64,000 bases of DNA from Tubulanus polymorphus (taxonomy: Eukaryota; Animalia; Nemertea). Shown one piece after another: positions 37,183 through 52,101 of the stretch; positions within the stretch are counted from its first letter, which is position 1; every line of letters starts with the position of its first letter. The position numbers and the translations under genes were made by a program. The stretch spans positions 21,920,150-21,984,149 of the forward strand of contig NC_134026.1 in the NCBI RefSeq assembly GCF_964204645.1. The letters are read 5' to 3'. Below the pieces are notes generated by a model. That model saw only the letters and a program-made list of their open reading frames with translations. It searched no databases and was not told the DNA's origin.

Positions 37183-39958
37183 TAACTCCGAGTTCCAGCT
37201 ATTCAATTATTATCATCTGATAATTAAGAATGCCATACCGAAATCGCTGGCATGATTAAAGCTGCAACAGTTCTATGGATGCCGTTAGTTATACTGCTGT
37301 TATTTTCTTATACCAATATTACCTTAGCTCAAGCCTGATATTTGACTACGGTGTTTCAAGTAAACTGGGTCTAATGTGTCCTTTAGTCAAAACGATTGTA
37401 TGATTACATTTAGCTAACAGTTTCCGCCCCCCTGTAAATATTTAGTTAGCCGTACCGATAGAAATCATTAATCGTTACATTATTGACATGCTAAAAATGG
37501 ACGGAATGGACAGAAATGTCATTTCTATGTAGATGTTGAAGGTCAAATCAAACTGTCATCCGAACAGGGGCAATGCTTCTAGTCAAATTTTACTTTCTTC
37601 GTAATGTCTATGAGGCCATAAATGTAAGCAGGAGTGAACTGTTGGTGACCACAAGAATGATATAATGAGTTTATCACCTTCTTCAGATGTATGAACAACT
37701 GAATAAATCATGCGGAGGGAGATTGTTGCATCAACTTGACAGCAATAAAGTACATTTGCTTATAGCAGATTATTCCCCACTTGGCCCATTAGGACTTTCT
37801 CTAACCAAAATAATATGAATGTATAATTTTTTGCAATACTTAACCCTTCCAGAGCCACACCCGATATTTGCCGGCCAGTCAAACTATCGCCACTCACTCT
37901 CATTAGGGAGGTGGGAGTAAACCCAACTCCTTACTCTCATCAAATTGCAGGTTGGAGCCATGACGAAATTCGCTTCACTACACTCCATGAGAAATCTATT
38001 GACCGCAGTTTATGGCCACCGTCACACTATCGCTAGTTAGTCTCATTTGGCAGGCTCGAACTGGGAATGGACCTATATTTAGAAAAGATCAAATCAAAGC
38101 TGTGTGCGTTCACTCATGTTTCCAAATCAGCTGTAATCACTGGTCCAGCTAGATGACGCAAAACAGTGATTACATAATCTAAGAAAAGGGCCTACTTATA
38201 CAGAGAAATGTCTGCTCTAAAATTTAGAAAAAAATGTCTCATTCTCTCTATTGATGGCGGGGATTGAATGTTTGTGGAGTCCACTCCAGTTTCGGCCAAG
38301 CCTCAATCTTTGTCAACATGATTTTTTCTCAAATCTAATCCATACCACCATACCACAGTTCATCAGGGGAAAAAGTACTCCGGCAAAATATGTGATGCGC
38401 TTATACCAGACCGTGACACCGACAGATAAAAACCATGCTCATCCGAGTAGCGATTCATTTTCATAAAAGAAATGACAGCCTCATTAGCGGCGTCGAATCT
38501 ATGAGAAAGACGGCCTTAATTGTAAATGACTGCTTATAAATCAAACACCATCAGACATCACACAATCTAAAGAAGACTACGCACATATTCCAAAAGCACG
38601 AGTACAACAGAACACCTAATCCGTAATCCAATGCCACCAAATTTCTACCTTCTATGAACCAGAATTAATGTTATGCATAACGATTTAATATGATTTATCG
38701 AGAAAATAAGCGAAGCCGACATCTCCAACAAATGAACCAATACTAATCACATAAACCTCAGCAGTAAATGTCTTAATCTGTTTCCGATAGTTCGAAAGGT
38801 TCCACGGCACGAAAATAAAATGATTCATCCGCAGCGGTTTCTGAAGAAGTAGCCAAATGAGTAATTGTTTGGCATTAAATGATGCTAATAATCCGAAGAC
38901 GTGGCTGAAAGTGACCATAATTGTTCGGCACAAACGACATTGGGATTCAAAGGGTACGCGCATAGCTCGTAGACACTGTTTGCTGAAATAAAGGGCAAAG
39001 GTTCATCGACAATCCGGGCAATTACACGCAACATAGAACATACGGCATTGAGATGAAATAAATGTAGATATGATGAATTATGAGAATTTGCAGTCCATAA
39101 AAGACCTAACAAAGAGAGAGAATGAGACACATTTATCAGTCTTTTTGGGGATATCTGTATCTCGGCATGACAGAATTCATCAAAAATGCTGTCGATCAAT
39201 TCACAAAATTGGCCATATCTTCAGAAACATTGTTGCGCAGAAAAATGATCCAACAAACAGTAGCTGTTTTATGTATATCGAGGCTAATAAAATGAGCGAA
39301 GTATAAGCATTTTGCCTGCTGTAATCCTCAAGAGGTTCACAGGGATTATGTAAAATCGGGTTTCCCTGTATTATATGACACCTAGAACTGGAAAGTTAAG
39401 CGGTTTAAACGTCTTTCCCATAAGGTGGATGTGACTGTGGTTACTTATTAAGTTATTTTTTGCGATCATGTCTTAACAGTCTAGTAGCACAGCTTTCAAA
39501 TCAAATCAATCCAAGTTTTGTACTTGTTTTCTACATCTTTACATCGTACCATCACGACTTGACATTTCTACCAACGGTGTATGAAAAAAAGAAAGGTTTC
39601 CAGCTAAATGCTCCCACCCCCCCCCCCCCCCCAGGACAATACCAATTCAACTTCCATGTCGCTATCAGGGCTGAAAACCTGCCGTTATAGCTCAAGTCTA
39701 TAGCAAGGATGGTAGTTAGTAGCTGGAGAAGAGCTCCTCTTGAAATGTCAAGTTTGACAGCCCACTCTAAAGGATGCCAAAGGGTGGACCTCAGCCAATG
39801 TGGCTGGTAATGAATTCATAAGTGATATACATGGGTTTCATTGTGTTTTCATGTAAACTTATCGTTTTCAGGTCTAAAAAAGAGAAATCTAAGAGGATAA
39901 TAGGGAATCTAAGCTATACTGCCAAGGTTGACCTGGGTCTCCTTATCAGCGAACTTAC

Positions 39959-39966
39959 GGTTGCAT
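39959..39966 (-). CDS. PDE4: Candidate minimal coding end (ATG CAA CC, MQP) of a mostly untranslated exon
   Basis: TAAATGCAACC|GTAAGT, phase 2; promoter-like CpG-rich region at about 40330-40500. Confidence 0.33.
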
Positions 39967-42200
39967 TTACACTGTTACACTGAAGTGATTTACTGTCACA
40001 GAGAAACAACTACCGAGCATTTCAACGATGCTAACGTGGAAGTTGTGGAGAGCATGAGTGAATAATGTCGAGAGCGCCTCCAGAGTCATCGGTTCCAGAC
40101 AGACGTTCCTGACAGCTACTCTCGCCGATCTATGACATTTACATCTCAAAAACAAAGAACAAGGTATTGGTAAAAAAAAAACAAACCAGCAGACATCAAT
40201 TTTGCAGCGGTGGTTGGTGCAGAAGATAATTTCAATGTATGGAAACTAATCATTTGGTTGACACCCAATCAGCGAAACAGCTAATATAAACGAAAAAGTA
40301 CGTTGACATAAAAAAAACGATGCTAGAAATCATGTCGTGATTCAGGAAGGGTGCGCCGTCGTTGCTTCCTGTTTATCAATGAGTCGTATAATCGGCCACG
40401 CTGATCAGTAAAGTACGACCGTGCTCTTTCGCGACTTTCATTTCGAAAGCTAACAGAGGCCCCGCGCGTTTAGGGCACTGATTTTTATGTTACCATGGTA
40501 ATGTCTTTTATCTGCCTGTTTGACCAAATAAACGATCACCTCGACAACGTCGATAATGTGCCGAGATCATTCTTCTCATGGACTCAATTTCCTGAATATA
40601 AACCACTTTGTAAGACTCGATAAAAGTGGCGTGGCCAAGATTGTCATGTCATTAAACATCCACATGAGTTCAGGTATTATAACTCTATAACGGAGACTGG
40701 CTCAAATACTAGAAATGCTACAAAAATTAACCATAAGATCCATATCAAACTGCAATTACTCCTTGCGGCCTAACCCTCACGCAAATCACTTTCCCCTGGA
40801 CGGCATGGACCACAAATGTGCAACACATCATTATGAAAATCTGTTTCATTCAGAAGTTGATAAAAAGTTACAAGAAAAGATCCATTAGTCTAGGAGATCT
40901 AGTAAAAGATTTTGTCCACAGACGTCAATGGACGACCCTCCCTAAACTTCGTGTGGGAGCAGCGCATAGAAAGACATAGATGTATTCAGATTGATTAATT
41001 AAAAACGATTAATTATTTTCAAGAACATCCGCAAAATGTTTAATGAGAATCTGAAGACAATCTAAAAACAATCTTTGCCATCGTGCTGAGCTCATAATTG
41101 ATCAAACTCAACAAGGGAACCATTAAATTCACACACAAGATGGGGGTGTTCATCACATTAATTATCTATTCATTACTTTCATTGAAGCGCTAGTATCGGC
41201 GTATATCTGCTTCATTTAGTCTGTAGTTTTGTGGTTCTTAATGCGCATCCGCAGCCTCTAATTATTTTTCCCAGTGGCGGTGCAAACGTTGCAAACCGAG
41301 CCATAGTAGCTGAAACAGTCATTAGCGTACTAACAACACAGTAGCTGGATATTGTGTAGTCCATAATAACACTGCTGGCATCACTAAATGGTACATCCAA
41401 GATATACTCTTAACATTCATCCATGTTGCCTAATTACAAATCTTGTCTAATTACAATTAATCACTGCATAAATAAATTCATGCCTTATCTGCTAGATTGA
41501 TAAGTACAAGGATTGATAAGTACATTCATTTGAGCCTCCTCACCACAAGTCCAAAAAACTTGCCGCTGGCAAATTGGCAAAGTGGTGTACTAATCAGAAG
41601 TACAGTAGATTATGCATGTTTTAGCTACTTAGCAACCTGTCTGTGCTTCTCTGTAAAGATCAATTATTGATAAATTAGTTGATGAGTACTAATCCCACAT
41701 CACAAAAACACAGCGTTACCACTTCTCAATTACAGAGCTTTTTACCAATGAAATGTGAGCAGCTGTTAGTTCTAAATTTTCCTCTCCTTTTGGCAAAACA
41801 TTCACCCTCTCTCAAGGAGGAGGTTTGAAAGCTGAAACAGCTCAGCTGTAATGAACACAACTAGATTAACGAAAATATAGATGCCACCTAAGAAAATCAA
41901 CACTACGAAAATAGTTTTTCAAAAAGTTCTCTTTGAAAATTAAGCAATCTAGTAATTCCACATTTGCATGCAAGGAGGTGGTCATATATCACACCAATTT
42001 AACTGGGAACAAATTCAACTGCCCAGTAGAAGTATGCCTTGATTTATGGCAGATGGCCAAGATGTAAGTGATCACAAGTGTAAACCAAAAGCTGAGAACA
42101 AAATCATAGCCATATTGTGAAATCAAACCCAATTTTTAGAAAATAAAAACTTTCCACGATTTTCTCAAGACTAAATTCAAGACTAATCTCCTCCAGCAAT

Positions 42201-42252
42201 GAGACTGGTTGAACTGAAATAAGACAGAGACTGGTTGAACTGAAATAAGACA
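42201..42252. repeat. 26-bp perfect tandem duplication
   Basis: GAGACTGGTTGAACTGAAATAAGACA x2. Confidence 0.95.
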
Positions 42253-42547
42253 TCCATAATATGACAATGCAAGATTATCTAAACATGAACAAAAAGTATG
42301 AATTTGTTAATATGCATAATGTAGATAAACGAAAATAAAAAAATGCGCAGACAATGTACAATCGAGATGCCATGGGCTGAAATCGGTCTAATAAATTATG
42401 CTCGGTAATCAGAGCCTCAAGGTACGGTATATTTTATACTCGTATTTCTAATGATGAAGAATCTCACCAGGGCATAAATCATAATTTAACGAAAATATAC
42501 TGGGGTAGAAAAAGAAAATTGTGAAACAACACCACACACACGCTTAC

Positions 42548-42576
42548 CGTAATAACGAGTGCGGAAATGTAGACAT
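42548..42576 (-). CDS. PDE4: Candidate short first coding exon MSTFPHSLL(R), phase 2
   Basis: ATG at 42576, 9 codons +2 nt, donor CG|GTAAGC followed by a GT-rich intron start. Confidence 0.45.
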
Positions 42577-44142
42577 TGAAGCTGCTAATGATCAGATAAA
42601 ACTTCACAAGGCGGTGGTATATGATATAAATGAATGACAATATCTCCATTCTTAGAGATAGATTTCATTAGTTATATTAATTTCATAAAAACCATACGAA
42701 CAGATTCAACCTAATAATTACTAACTTCAAAGGCAGCTGGGAAGAATCCAGACCAATTTTGAAGGACTTGTCACATCCCAAAAGGCAATATTAGGTGCAC
42801 ACCCTCACAAAAATGCTAAAATGCACCAATTATCTTTGTTGACAAAATGAAAAAGGACACTCTCACAAGGCCCCTTGAGCAGATTAAAATGTTCATCTAA
42901 AAAGTGCAATCAATATGAATTCAAGGTTGAATCTGACAAATATAGATATTGCAACGGATGCAACGTTCAACCTATTAACATGAATAAGGTAGAGCAGCCA
43001 GGATGTTAGGCCAAGTTCTAGAGAAAAGCTCTCCTAGAGGATGCTAAGATGGATATATTCAGCGAAGAAGGATGAATTAGACAGATAAAGACGACTACAT
43101 TTCCAACAAAAAGAATTTGATATGATTACGCAATGGAATGCTACGTGAAGATATCATGTTCAGATGTGAATAATCAGGCTTTTGAAGCATCCAGTGACAA
43201 TCACAGCGTATGGTGATGCTGTATGCTCCGCTGGTTTTTAGGTAGGAAATTGCGTCGGGTTTAATCGGTCGAAAATTGGACAAGATCAAGAACTAGACAT
43301 TTATGGACACATCGGGGCGCCGCATGGAAAATTCAATATCGCTTTCAGTTGGAAAATGTGAATGAATCTAATAAAAACGGTCAGGAATCGGGGAAGAAGG
43401 AATTTTCATGTCGGTTTTAGTTCTGAATCAATTTCTTTTTCTGGTGATTTTCTCAGGAGCATGGCAATATGAATATTTGCTCCGTCGAAGCAGGTACAAT
43501 GACACAGTATAAATGAAAACCAAATTTTGATGCTATAATATCAGCCCCTGAATAAAAACCAGGTTTTGACTTTAACTTGATGGTTATATTATTCCATCGT
43601 TTGATTTACACGATAGATTTGAGTTTTTATCATAATACATTACAATATACATGTCCCTTTGCATGTTAAACGATATCAGGAATGTTGAGTTTTTTCATCA
43701 GTTGCCAGAAGTTGACTTTCGGATGCGGTCAAGTACATAAAAATTTGGTAACTAATATGTTTCGCTGATAACTTCGAATGATAAGTGCCATTAAAAATCC
43801 GTATGAATTTCAGGAATTTTCGATGAATATTCCTCGAACACGATGAACGTAAACACCGCGTACTAATGAATGGATACAAACGCTCAGTTATGATCCTCTT
43901 TCATCAGATCGAGAATAGCAGATGATTGGAATTCTTCGAAATAGGTTTTCTATACAAAATAAAGCTAAATGCACGCGCAGCCCTAATTTGGTATAGCTCG
44001 CTTATAGAATGATATTTTTTAGGGCACATGTACAAGGTAAAATAATCTCAGCATGTCTTAATTCTACCCAAAATCATGAAACCTTACAAAAATCTGCTCA
44101 TGGAAACAATTAAACATATGTTAAAAATGTCTCACGAGACTT

Positions 44143-44215
44143 GAGGCAGAGGGAGAGGCAGAGGGAGAGGGAGAGGGAAAGGGAAAGGGAGAGGGAGAGG
44201 GAGAAGGAGAGAGAG
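44143..44215. repeat. (GAGAGG)n polypurine microsatellite
   Basis: About 12 degenerate hexamer units. Confidence 0.92.
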
Positions 44216-46409
44216 TTAATGTTCAAGTCCGAGAAGCTCCCTGGATGTTTATTGTATTATAATGCTCGGAGGGGATGAGGAAATCTGAGACGGGCTTAAT
44301 CATCGGAATATATCGTATATTCACAATTCATCATCGGAAATGGATACATATCATGTGACATATATCCCCGACGACGACGACGACATCGATACCCGCATTC
44401 AGTTGGTTTAGTTCGGTACAGATACGACAGTACGCGTAGCGACGGAAAAGAGTATGCGCACTAACCACTAACCACTAACTGCTCGGCAACATTTGATACA
44501 TCGCCGAATATATCATCCAAATTCGCACAATGCAATCAGCATATCGCATTTCTACGGTTTCATGCAAAGGAAATGACGCGAATGGAATCGCCGAATCCCG
44601 CACGCATACGACTGTAACATTATTTCGAAAACGTATCGAGTTGCCCGTGGTTTGAAACCGCACTGGCCGATGATCCTGGTGACGCTAAAGCAGAACGGAT
44701 TCAGATAACAACCTATACACTACCGGGTGTATTATAAACGCTTTTACAATATAACCCGCGATTCTCGAGATTGCCACGGAATATAATACGGCATAAATCA
44801 GAATTTGTCGTAGATGATCCGGCGATGGCGTTAAGTCAAAATATTGCCTTACATCATGTAATGATGGCGGTCGTTAGCCCGATATCGCCGTGAAAGCCGT
44901 CGCATCCCCAGTGGACAGTCGGATCTCCATTTACTAGTCAGCTCATTAATTATCGAAGTCGAGATTATCTTTTTCTCGTACTACTCGAGGCGCATTATTC
45001 GCGGGGCGCGCGCACACGCGGAAAGAGAAAATGCGACTACCGGAAGAGATGAGACGAAGACGACACCCGCCGGGATGGATATATTCGATACCCCTGTATT
45101 TAAATCCATAATCTCCAGCATCGCGTCAGTTATTGATGGCAACGAAAGCTCATTTTAGAAATATGTGAAATGTAAGCGCATCCATTTTTTCTTTTCATCC
45201 AGGGTTACATATTTTTTTCTTTCAAATTTCTGAAACATCGTAATATGAATACCCAGGCCCTTCACCTTTAAACCCTTTCATTGTGTCTACACTGCAGCGC
45301 GGTGTATAATTTGCTGATGTAGTTACATCAGCACACCACAATGCGGTGTATTGATTTTATAAGTAGTTTATATCTCTATTGAAAGATGGCAGCACCTCAA
45401 TTACCAGCATATGTATATGTATTACCAGTGTATATGCACTGAAGTGGTATGCCCATTATTCAACAGAATGGGGTGGAATTTTCAAATTAACTCCAGCACT
45501 TTCAGGTATTGATAAGTCAGCAATGAAAGAGTTTTCAGTCCAGATTTCAGTTAAGTTTTTCAACTAAAAGGTGAAATAAACACTTAACACTATCAAGTCG
45601 GTCAATACGCCTGACTAACTCAGCGACAAAAAATATGTCTCGAAAATCTGATCAGGAATTCATCACAATGCAGAAAAGTCAATCAGATCGTTTGATTCGT
45701 CGAGCTGATCGGAATTGCGGCGTTCACGCCGAGCGAAAATAGGATTCGCGCCGAGCAATAATGGAGCGCTATTATCCGAGCAGATAGAAATAGGAAGTCG
45801 ACGGTGATAGAATCGCTTCGGGGACCGAATGAATTTTTCGTCTCGATAAATGACGAAAACTGTATTAACCGCGTAAATACATGAACATTTCCGGCCGAGG
45901 CAGATGTGACCAGTCGCCAGATATACACGATCAGGTAAAAAGTGCTCCGCGAAATCCTCGGATGTTATGCGAGTGTTTTTAGTCTCTGATGCGCCTCGTC
46001 GAACGGTAAATTGCTATATTGTTCTCAAGAGCAGTTGAACGCAGATTCTATTCACCGGCGAATGCAACATGAAGCTTAAGAGACTGCGAAGATGATATAA
46101 CTAGGAGCCGGGGACATGAAAAAACATCTCTTTGATAAGTTCAAGTTCACGATGACAACGTAAAACAACATGAAAAGAACGAAATGGTAGATGGTTTATA
46201 GAAAGTGGCCTGGATCTAGGCCATTTCACAAATCCACAATATGTTCCTATTTACAAGGGTCCAGAAAATCTGCTGTTGTTTCAGTGAGTTTGTTTAATCA
46301 GTCAGAATAACATTCATCAACTCTCCAGATTCAGTGGTAAAAAATATTTCATTTTGATTTGTTCTATCCAACTTTATTAAAGCAAGCGGCCTTTATAGCT
46401 GGCCTCAAT

Positions 46410-46711
46410 AGCCGTGAGCACACGGACACGATTTGGCCCGGACTAAATTGGCACAGATCAGGTTGGGCCAAATTTGGCCCATTACCATTCATTCACCTGA
46501 TACTAAACAATGCTCAAACAAAGCGAAGTGGATCATTTCCGGTGCCAGTTGCAGTTCAAACGCAATCATTTGTCTGGTGCTAAAATTTGGCTCGGACCCG
46601 GTCCGACGTTTTCGGTCGGGCCAAACAGGCTCGGGCCCATTTGGCACCCATGTGAACAGTTGTTCCCGGCCAAATTTGGCGTGGGCCAAAAATGCTTGTG
46701 TGATCGCGGCT
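46410..46711 (+). mobile_element. MITE family A (AGCCGCGATCACAC TIR, Harbinger-like)
   Basis: TIRs at both ends, AAT on both flanks, GGCCAAATTTGGCC palindromic subrepeats. Confidence 0.9.
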
Positions 46712-48233
46712 AATGATTACGCTGAAATTCGTGCCTTTTTGAACTTTCTCAATGATCGATGATGTTGAGAATTAAGTATATAACCATTCATCACTACTTG
46801 TATAAATGAATACGTGAATTATGTATCATGGCCACAGTATGAATTGTGAAGTTGTTATGCCGTGTTTTCAATAATGCATAGTACACTGTCGATAACTTTA
46901 AATACTGATTGTTATATGACGATAACAAACATCAACAGTACCTTAGGATGAGGTTGTATTTCTCCTCCAACGGGCCAGAAAAAATACTTAGAACGGGCAA
47001 TGAAAATGGATAAAAAGTTAGGTTTTTATTACAATTTACAATCGGTTGTTTTTTCTGTTTATCCCCGATTACCGTTGACTAATCCCTGAAAATCTGCCAC
47101 CCATCAGAATCAGACCCATGAACATTAATAGACACTGACATTGTGTATTAAGTCTTAATTCAAGCAAAAACATTATTGAATTAGGATTGAATTAGGTTTA
47201 TTTGTGACAGGTTCTAGCGAGATAAGTTAACTAAAATGTTCACGGGAAATTTCATTTATACGAGTACCGCAAAAAAATGCGACCATTATCAATGTCTACT
47301 GGGGTTAGTCGATGGCAGAATTGACGGAATCAAACTGTCACTTTTCTGAGCGAGTTACTGAAGCACGCGACTGAATCCAAACAATTTGAAATGATACGGA
47401 AAAACCTGCGAAATTACGCGCATATTTTTATCTAGAAAAATCTTAATTTCCTCGAGCGAGTTTTACCTCGAGAAATTTACCGAGAAATTCGTCGATATTA
47501 CGTCGCAGGGCGAATTCTCATTTCGAGATAATCAGAGCTACTGAGACCGACGTAATCCCCAAAGCGCACCCGTGCAGTTACATCTCATGAACGACTGTAA
47601 AAATGGATTAGCTTTTTTAAAAGACAAGGAAGCCAACGAGAAAAAGGTTCTCACGACCAAATGATCGATGGATTTTGATAAGCAATCGATCACCTACGGA
47701 GTTATTCATCTTATGCGAATTCACGTGTTGTTTTTTTTTTTGGTTGAAATTATACGTTTCCGATGGTAGAATAAATTCCGATAATCATTAGTAACGGCAA
47801 AGAAATATAAGTAGTACTTTGAGGGCGAAAGTAGATATTATAGCTACGCATATCTCTCCAACAAAATTGAGTAAACCATGAACTATTAAATGGTATCTAG
47901 GTAGTAATCCCAATCATTAATATCATTTAATGTATCTTATCATTAAGTCCTGGAATGTTTAAATAAGTTTCAGGAATGAAATGTAATCATTGTTGGCCCC
48001 GATCTTCTGAAAAAGGAGTTTCAGACTCGTTTTGTCATGTGCAGCACTAAATTCAAAGCGTAATCTGTTTTGATGAACGAGCTGAGAAGTTAAGTTTGTT
48101 AGTTTTTCAACTTGGAACAACAGATGGCACGACTGTTCAACACATCAATACTAGAACGGATGTTGATAACCCAACACGGATACGCCATCTATCTGATTCA
48201 CATTGCATTACACTGTATCCCGTATTTCAGTAT

Positions 48234-48672
48234 CTGCATATTCACACCACTTAAGTTAGACCCTTCCAAATGGGTCCGTACTTGATATGGGACAATTTTG
48301 GAACGGACCAAATCAGTGTGCCTGTTCATACTCATGTTGCCGAATTGGCTACTGGTAGTTATCACTGGCCCAGCCAGATTTTAACCCGAAATTTACATCT
48401 CAATGATAAATTCATGAATCTATAATGATATATTTATGAATATTTTCTTCCCATTGAAATCAAGCCACAGAGAACGATTTAGAGCGGACTTGGAACCTGT
48501 CCTCACACACAGATATAGTCCGTTCCAAAATTTAGAATGGACCTGGATCAATCTTTTATGTCTGCCCAAATTGCAACTGTCTAAAATGGAATGGATTGTG
48601 AATGTTTGGTCCATTCCAAATTGGAACAGGCCAAATTTAGACCATTTTGAATAATGTAGTGTGAACGCGCCT
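48234..48672 (+). mobile_element. MITE family B (right end GTGTGAACGCGCCT)
   Basis: Collinear similarity to 57243-58058; TTGGAAC(A/G)GACC subrepeats. Confidence 0.75.
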
Positions 48673-50179
48673 TGAAAAAATTGTTCATATAGAAATCTTT
48701 CAAGAGAAAAAAGATTTCGTGGGACTTGTGAAGGCAAAGTGATAAGATATATATGACGTAGAAATATATGGATCATGACTAACAATGATCATTTGATAAT
48801 AAATATCACTAACCTGATTGTGGTGGAAGAAAATTTCATTCCATCAGTGAATGACAACATGAAAGATAAAATCATAAAAAGACATAAGTTTGAGTAAAAA
48901 TTGCAGAAGCATATAGTGTTATAACATGTATTTGCTCAAAATAATCAGAAGTCAGAGGTACTGTCATCTCAAAATTGGTGATTGATTGCTTCGCCATCTA
49001 TTGGATTTAACACACATTATAAGGCATCGGAGAAACGAGCAGATAAATCAAAAGCGATCTTTCCTAGGTGCGAAAACAAAAATGTCTTTTCTTTTAGCTT
49101 AAGTCAAAGGGTTATCTATTTAAGGAATATTGGAGTACATATTTGTTTGGGTTTAACGAGACTAATATCCATTAATAAAAACTATGATTGATCAATTTAT
49201 CAGTTTATTCGATAGAAATGTTTACGCTATGAAATTCTATGAATTTATCATTCTCGTTAATCGACGATTTAATGCTACATTGTTAACGAAGAAACGTTCG
49301 TCGTCTCGGCATAAACTGGTTCATAAACTATCGGTCATACGGAATCGGCGCTCATCGAATTGCGATGAATCTATCGTCGCCGCTATCCATCCGTGGTTTT
49401 CGAATCGAGTGATAATTTCTTCGTCGAATAAACATGTTCGTAAAATGATCATTTCACGCGAGCCTTTTGCACTAATTAATCTGAATCCATAGTTAATTTG
49501 AACCCAACTAACTGGAAAAAATCGAATTTCTCGCAAGATTTCGACAATTTATGAAGCTAGCTTGTCAAATTTCACACGGAAATGAATGACATCGGTTTGA
49601 TATATAATTGCAGTTCGTGAGAGTGAACTGTCACCTTTTATTCCGTCAACTCCATAGATTAGTCAAATGACATCGGTTGTGACTGTACAGAAAAATACAG
49701 TAAATTATCCCTCATCTTAGAAAATGAACAATACAAAATTGCCATGATTGGAATCAGAATAAGTTTCCCCGGAGAAATGGATTAAAAGCTTCTATTCTAG
49801 CTCTGCATTCGTGAAGATATTTTGGTTTTTTTTTTTCAAATTGCCTTTACACTTAAGAATATGATGTGGTATCGCGTAAATGTGGAAAAGAATTATTACC
49901 TATTATCTATAATTAGCGCATTTTCGTAGCTAATTCTTATATTCCATTTTGTATTATTCTTGGTAGCAAATTTAACTGTTTACTTATAATGTCTTAAGCC
50001 TACTTATATATTGTGAAATTGTTCTTCTGTTAATAAGGCTACTTATAACAAATAAAAAATGAGGAAAAGTTCAGGACCAGCATAAAAAAACCATTTGACA
50101 CTACTAGTCTTCTGGAAATATTCAAGGCAACCGAGTGGTTGTAGATAACGAGCATTATCATTCAAAGAGAGCTATCATA

Positions 50180-50256
50180 AGCCGCGATCACAATGATTCA
50201 CTAATATTTGGCCCGGACCAGGCCCAAGTTACATTTGGTCTGTGCTTAATGAGAGC
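50180..50256 (+). mobile_element. MITE family A, 5' fragment
   Basis: AGCCGCGATCACA start, then ATTTGGCCCGGA and CTTAATGAGAGC. Confidence 0.7.
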
Positions 50257-50698
50257 TTTGTAATTATGAAGCCAACCCCGATAATTTCGGATTTAGCTGC
50301 TTGGAAAGAAGCATCCCAAGCTAGTAATGGCCCTCCAGCACGCTTATCAACTACTTCACCATAAAACAATCATCAAACTCAACATATGACCTACTACTGA
50401 TCTTAACACCGGCGAAAAATGTGTTTAAATGGGAAAAAAAATTTAAGATATCAATTTCAAGAAATTTGTTTCAATAAAAAAAATCTGAAAAAAAAGAAAA
50501 TCCAGTCGTTGCAAAGAGTCAATCAATAAGGGAATTCTAGAAAAATTTTCAGCCGACAGATAAGCTATCAATATCAATAAATACGAGCTTTGATAAATTG
50601 TCAGCGGTGCTAACAAGACAAACAAAAACTGGTGGATATTTTTGGCAGCTGCTTCATAGAATACATGAAATAAAGCACGCACAAAATACTTATTCATA

Positions 50699-50893
50699 AT
50701 GTGGAGAAAATCCCAAAATAATAACGAAAAACAGTCAGAAAAATTTCACTGGAGCTGGTAGTTAATTAAACGAGCAGGACAGTATTCCTGACGATGACTA
50801 GAATATGCCGGTAGTCAAAACGTTGAATAAATTACCAGCTCCAGTAAAATTTTCAGGCTGTTTTTCATTATCATTGTGGGATTCTCTCTACAT
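50699..50893. repeat. Imperfect ~73-bp inverted repeat enclosing a degenerate hammerhead-like core; probable Penelope-like element remnant
   Basis: Arms 50699-50772 and 50821-50893; spacer contains CTGACGA-T-GACTA-loop-TAGTC-AAAA-CGTT. Confidence 0.6.
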
Positions 50894-50914
50894 CATCGTC
50901 GTAACACGGATATA

Positions 50915-51194
50915 AGCCGCGATCACACGGAGACGATTTGGTTCGGGCCAAATTGGCACGGATCAGGCTCGGGCCAAATTTGGCCCGGGCCTAATTAGAG
51001 AGCGCGTTCACACCCAAACCATTCACTCGATACTACGCAATGCTCAAACAAAGCGAAGTGGATCATTTCCGGTGCCCGTTGCAATTCAAACGCAATCATT
51101 TGTCTGGCGCTAAAATTTGTCCCTGGCCTGGTCCGACGTTTTTGGTCAGACCAAATTTGGCCCAGGCCAAAAAAATACTCGTGTGATCACGGCT
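50915..51194 (+). mobile_element. MITE family A, internally deleted copy
   Basis: AGCCGCGATCACACG ... CGTGTGATCACGGCT. Confidence 0.9.
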
Positions 51195-51851
51195 AGTGTT
51201 TCATCAATCGTGATGTTCGTATCATATTTTGCTCGACACGTCAAATACACCCCCGAATGCGATTCATTCATTTATCCGGGAATTAACATTTCAATTCAAT
51301 CATCAACAATGTTTCGTTTGAATGTTGAATCAGGGAATGTCATCGAATATCAATGTCAGATTTCATTCGAAATGCGCTTCAACAGCGACGATCGCGTCGA
51401 TGTCATTTTCTTTTCAAAGCAATCGAGTTCATAACGGAGCATCATCCTCCGTTTTAACGTCGCGTAAATTATTTCATTCCGCCGGTACATCCAATTCTAA
51501 TTTGTACCCCGTTCGAAAAGAATTGTGTCGTTCGTTAAAAGTTTATCGATTTTGTGTCGTCTAGTATTCACCGGCTGTGATTAATATTGTGTAATCCGAC
51601 GTGAAACATTTTACCGGCGAGAGGAGTCAATCACCGGAGTACGGCGGAAGGCGAGGTCCTCATTCGATAATTGACGATAATTATCAGTTTTAAGTTAAGC
51701 GAAACTAAACCCGTGAAAGTACGCAGCATCTATAGAGGGTAATGGTAATTCTCTATTGCAGTAATTGTGTTTTCCCTTGCAGGGCTCAGCATCTTTACTG
51801 CAGCACTGTCTAACTTCAGGATTTAGATTTCATGCTTCCATCGCAGGTTTA

Positions 51852-52101
51852 AGCCGCGATCACCAGTGCATTTTTGGCCCGTGCCAAAAATGCCCGTAAC
51901 AACTGTTCACACAGGTGCCAAATGGGCCCGAGTCTGTTTGGCTAAATTTGGCCCGACCAAAAAACGTCGGACCAGGCCCGAGCCTAATTTTAGCACCAGA
52001 CAAATGATTGTGTTTGAATTGTAACTAGCACCGGAAATGATCCACTTCACTTTGTTTGAGCATTGTTGCCCGGGCCAAATCGTCTCCGTGTGATCGCAGC
52101 T
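51852..52101 (-). mobile_element. MITE family A, reverse orientation
   Basis: TIRs at both ends; TTA target duplication at 51849-51851 and 52102-52104. Confidence 0.92.
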
